From Leucoraja ocellata (lineage: Eukaryota), in contig JAWMAR010000531.1 in the NCBI GenBank assembly GCA_036785375.1, forward strand, positions 1,054,001 to 1,118,000: a stretch of 64,000 nucleotides of DNA. Direction: 5' to 3'. How positions within the stretch are numbered: position 1 is the stretch's first letter; each line of letters opens with the position of its first letter. Both the position numbers and the translations under genes were made by a program. Shown here one piece after another: positions 62,983 to 64,000 of this stretch. A model generated the notes under the pieces. That model saw nothing but the letters and a program-made list of their open reading frames with translations, ran no database searches and was not told where the DNA came from.

Positions 62983-64000
62983 CCTAAGAAATCATATGTA
63001 TAAATTCATTTGCCGGATAAACGACTCTAAAAATGTATTTAACGATGCCTTGTCAAATATAAGGTTTAGCACTACACGCTACGGAGACACTGGTATCGCT
63101 GGCTCGTTGTGGGACATTGATCTTTTCTATTCTGGATGTTAAATCATGTATTGTGTTTTTTTATATATAATTTATGATGTGTTTATGTGATATACTCAGA
63201 TTTTATATGTATTTTATGGTGCAATGTATTTTTATATAATGTTGTCGTTTGTCTGGACCTTGAGTCCGAAATAATGTGTATTAACGATAGAGAAGATTAA
63301 CCAATATTCAGATAAGCAGAACTCTGTAAAGAACTATATTCTGGACTATAGTGACTTAATGTGGAACACAACTAAAGGGATGGTCGAATTCTTTGTGGCA
63401 TTAAAAAAAAACAATCAACAGAACAATGAATTGTATTAATAAAGGAATATGACTGTGTTGCTACATCAGAGATCAGATATGAATTTTTTTTTTAATATTG
63501 TAAGGAAACCGAAGCTGAGGTTGAGGGTATAAAACCTTACTTGCAACACGACAGTGGTAGTCCTTACAAATCAGAACCAGGCCCAATTCTGCCTACTCTC
63601 TGTTTCATGAAGCCAGCCTTCGCTTCACGATAGCATGTGACCTCTAGTACATGTATAATTTTCCTTCTTTGGAAATTGCACGTTAATCTTCAAAGTATTC
63701 CAATACATTAGACAAACGTTGCCTGCCAAGTTGCTTGAGCACTTCGGCACAAACGCATGTGATAGTTTTAATATTCAATAATATTCACGTTTCCAAATAT
63801 CCTACTATGACGCTTATTCTCGTCAAATTTGATCTAAAGCAGCCAAAGAAATACTACGTCGGCAAAATACCTCTAATATCATTTGTGATCACATGCCTGT
63901 GAAAGGAATGGACGTTGTGGATAAAAGAATATCTAGGAGTGCTTTCTGTGCCAGTGCCAGACCCACTGAGAATAAATGGCCAGGTAAGAGGATGAAGCAT

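Larger units (their letters stand above)
11699..63327 (+). repeat. Tandem array of five IgL clusters (copies 2-6), period about 10.3-10.6 kb
   Basis: Leader ATGs at 13263, 23791, 34061, 44422, 54993; introns and spacers align nearly base for base. Confidence 0.95.

Noticed and set aside
1-64000. CRISPR array or other prokaryotic system
   Set aside because: Intron-containing vertebrate genes and vertebrate retroelements; no repeat-spacer structure

Overview
Eukaryotic DNA from a cartilaginous fish, probably a skate or ray (judged from HE1-type SINEs, CR1 and Penelope repeats, and the Ig sequences). The window is an immunoglobulin light-chain locus with six intact clusters on the + strand. Each has a leader exon, a germline-joined VJ exon with no RSS between V and J, and one C exon, and all resemble elasmobranch lambda/type II chains. 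Cluster 1 (643-3687) is a divergent subfamily. Clusters 2-6 form a tandem array (about 11699-63327, period about 10.3-10.6 kb) whose spacers are nested, decayed CR1 and Penelope elements. Main observations: (i) V differences between copies concentrate in the CDRs, are mosaic, and include several contiguous 2-3 nt substitutions; (ii) the original duplication junction can be mapped; (iii) a ~200-bp non-coding block lies downstream of cluster 1 and once downstream of the whole array; (iv) Penelope-derived minimal hammerhead-ribozyme motifs recur, including a young 96-bp insertion with a 15-bp target-site duplication; (v) the C exon has a probable gene-conversion tract between the two subfamilies. 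All family assignments come from motif recognition by eye; no database search was run.
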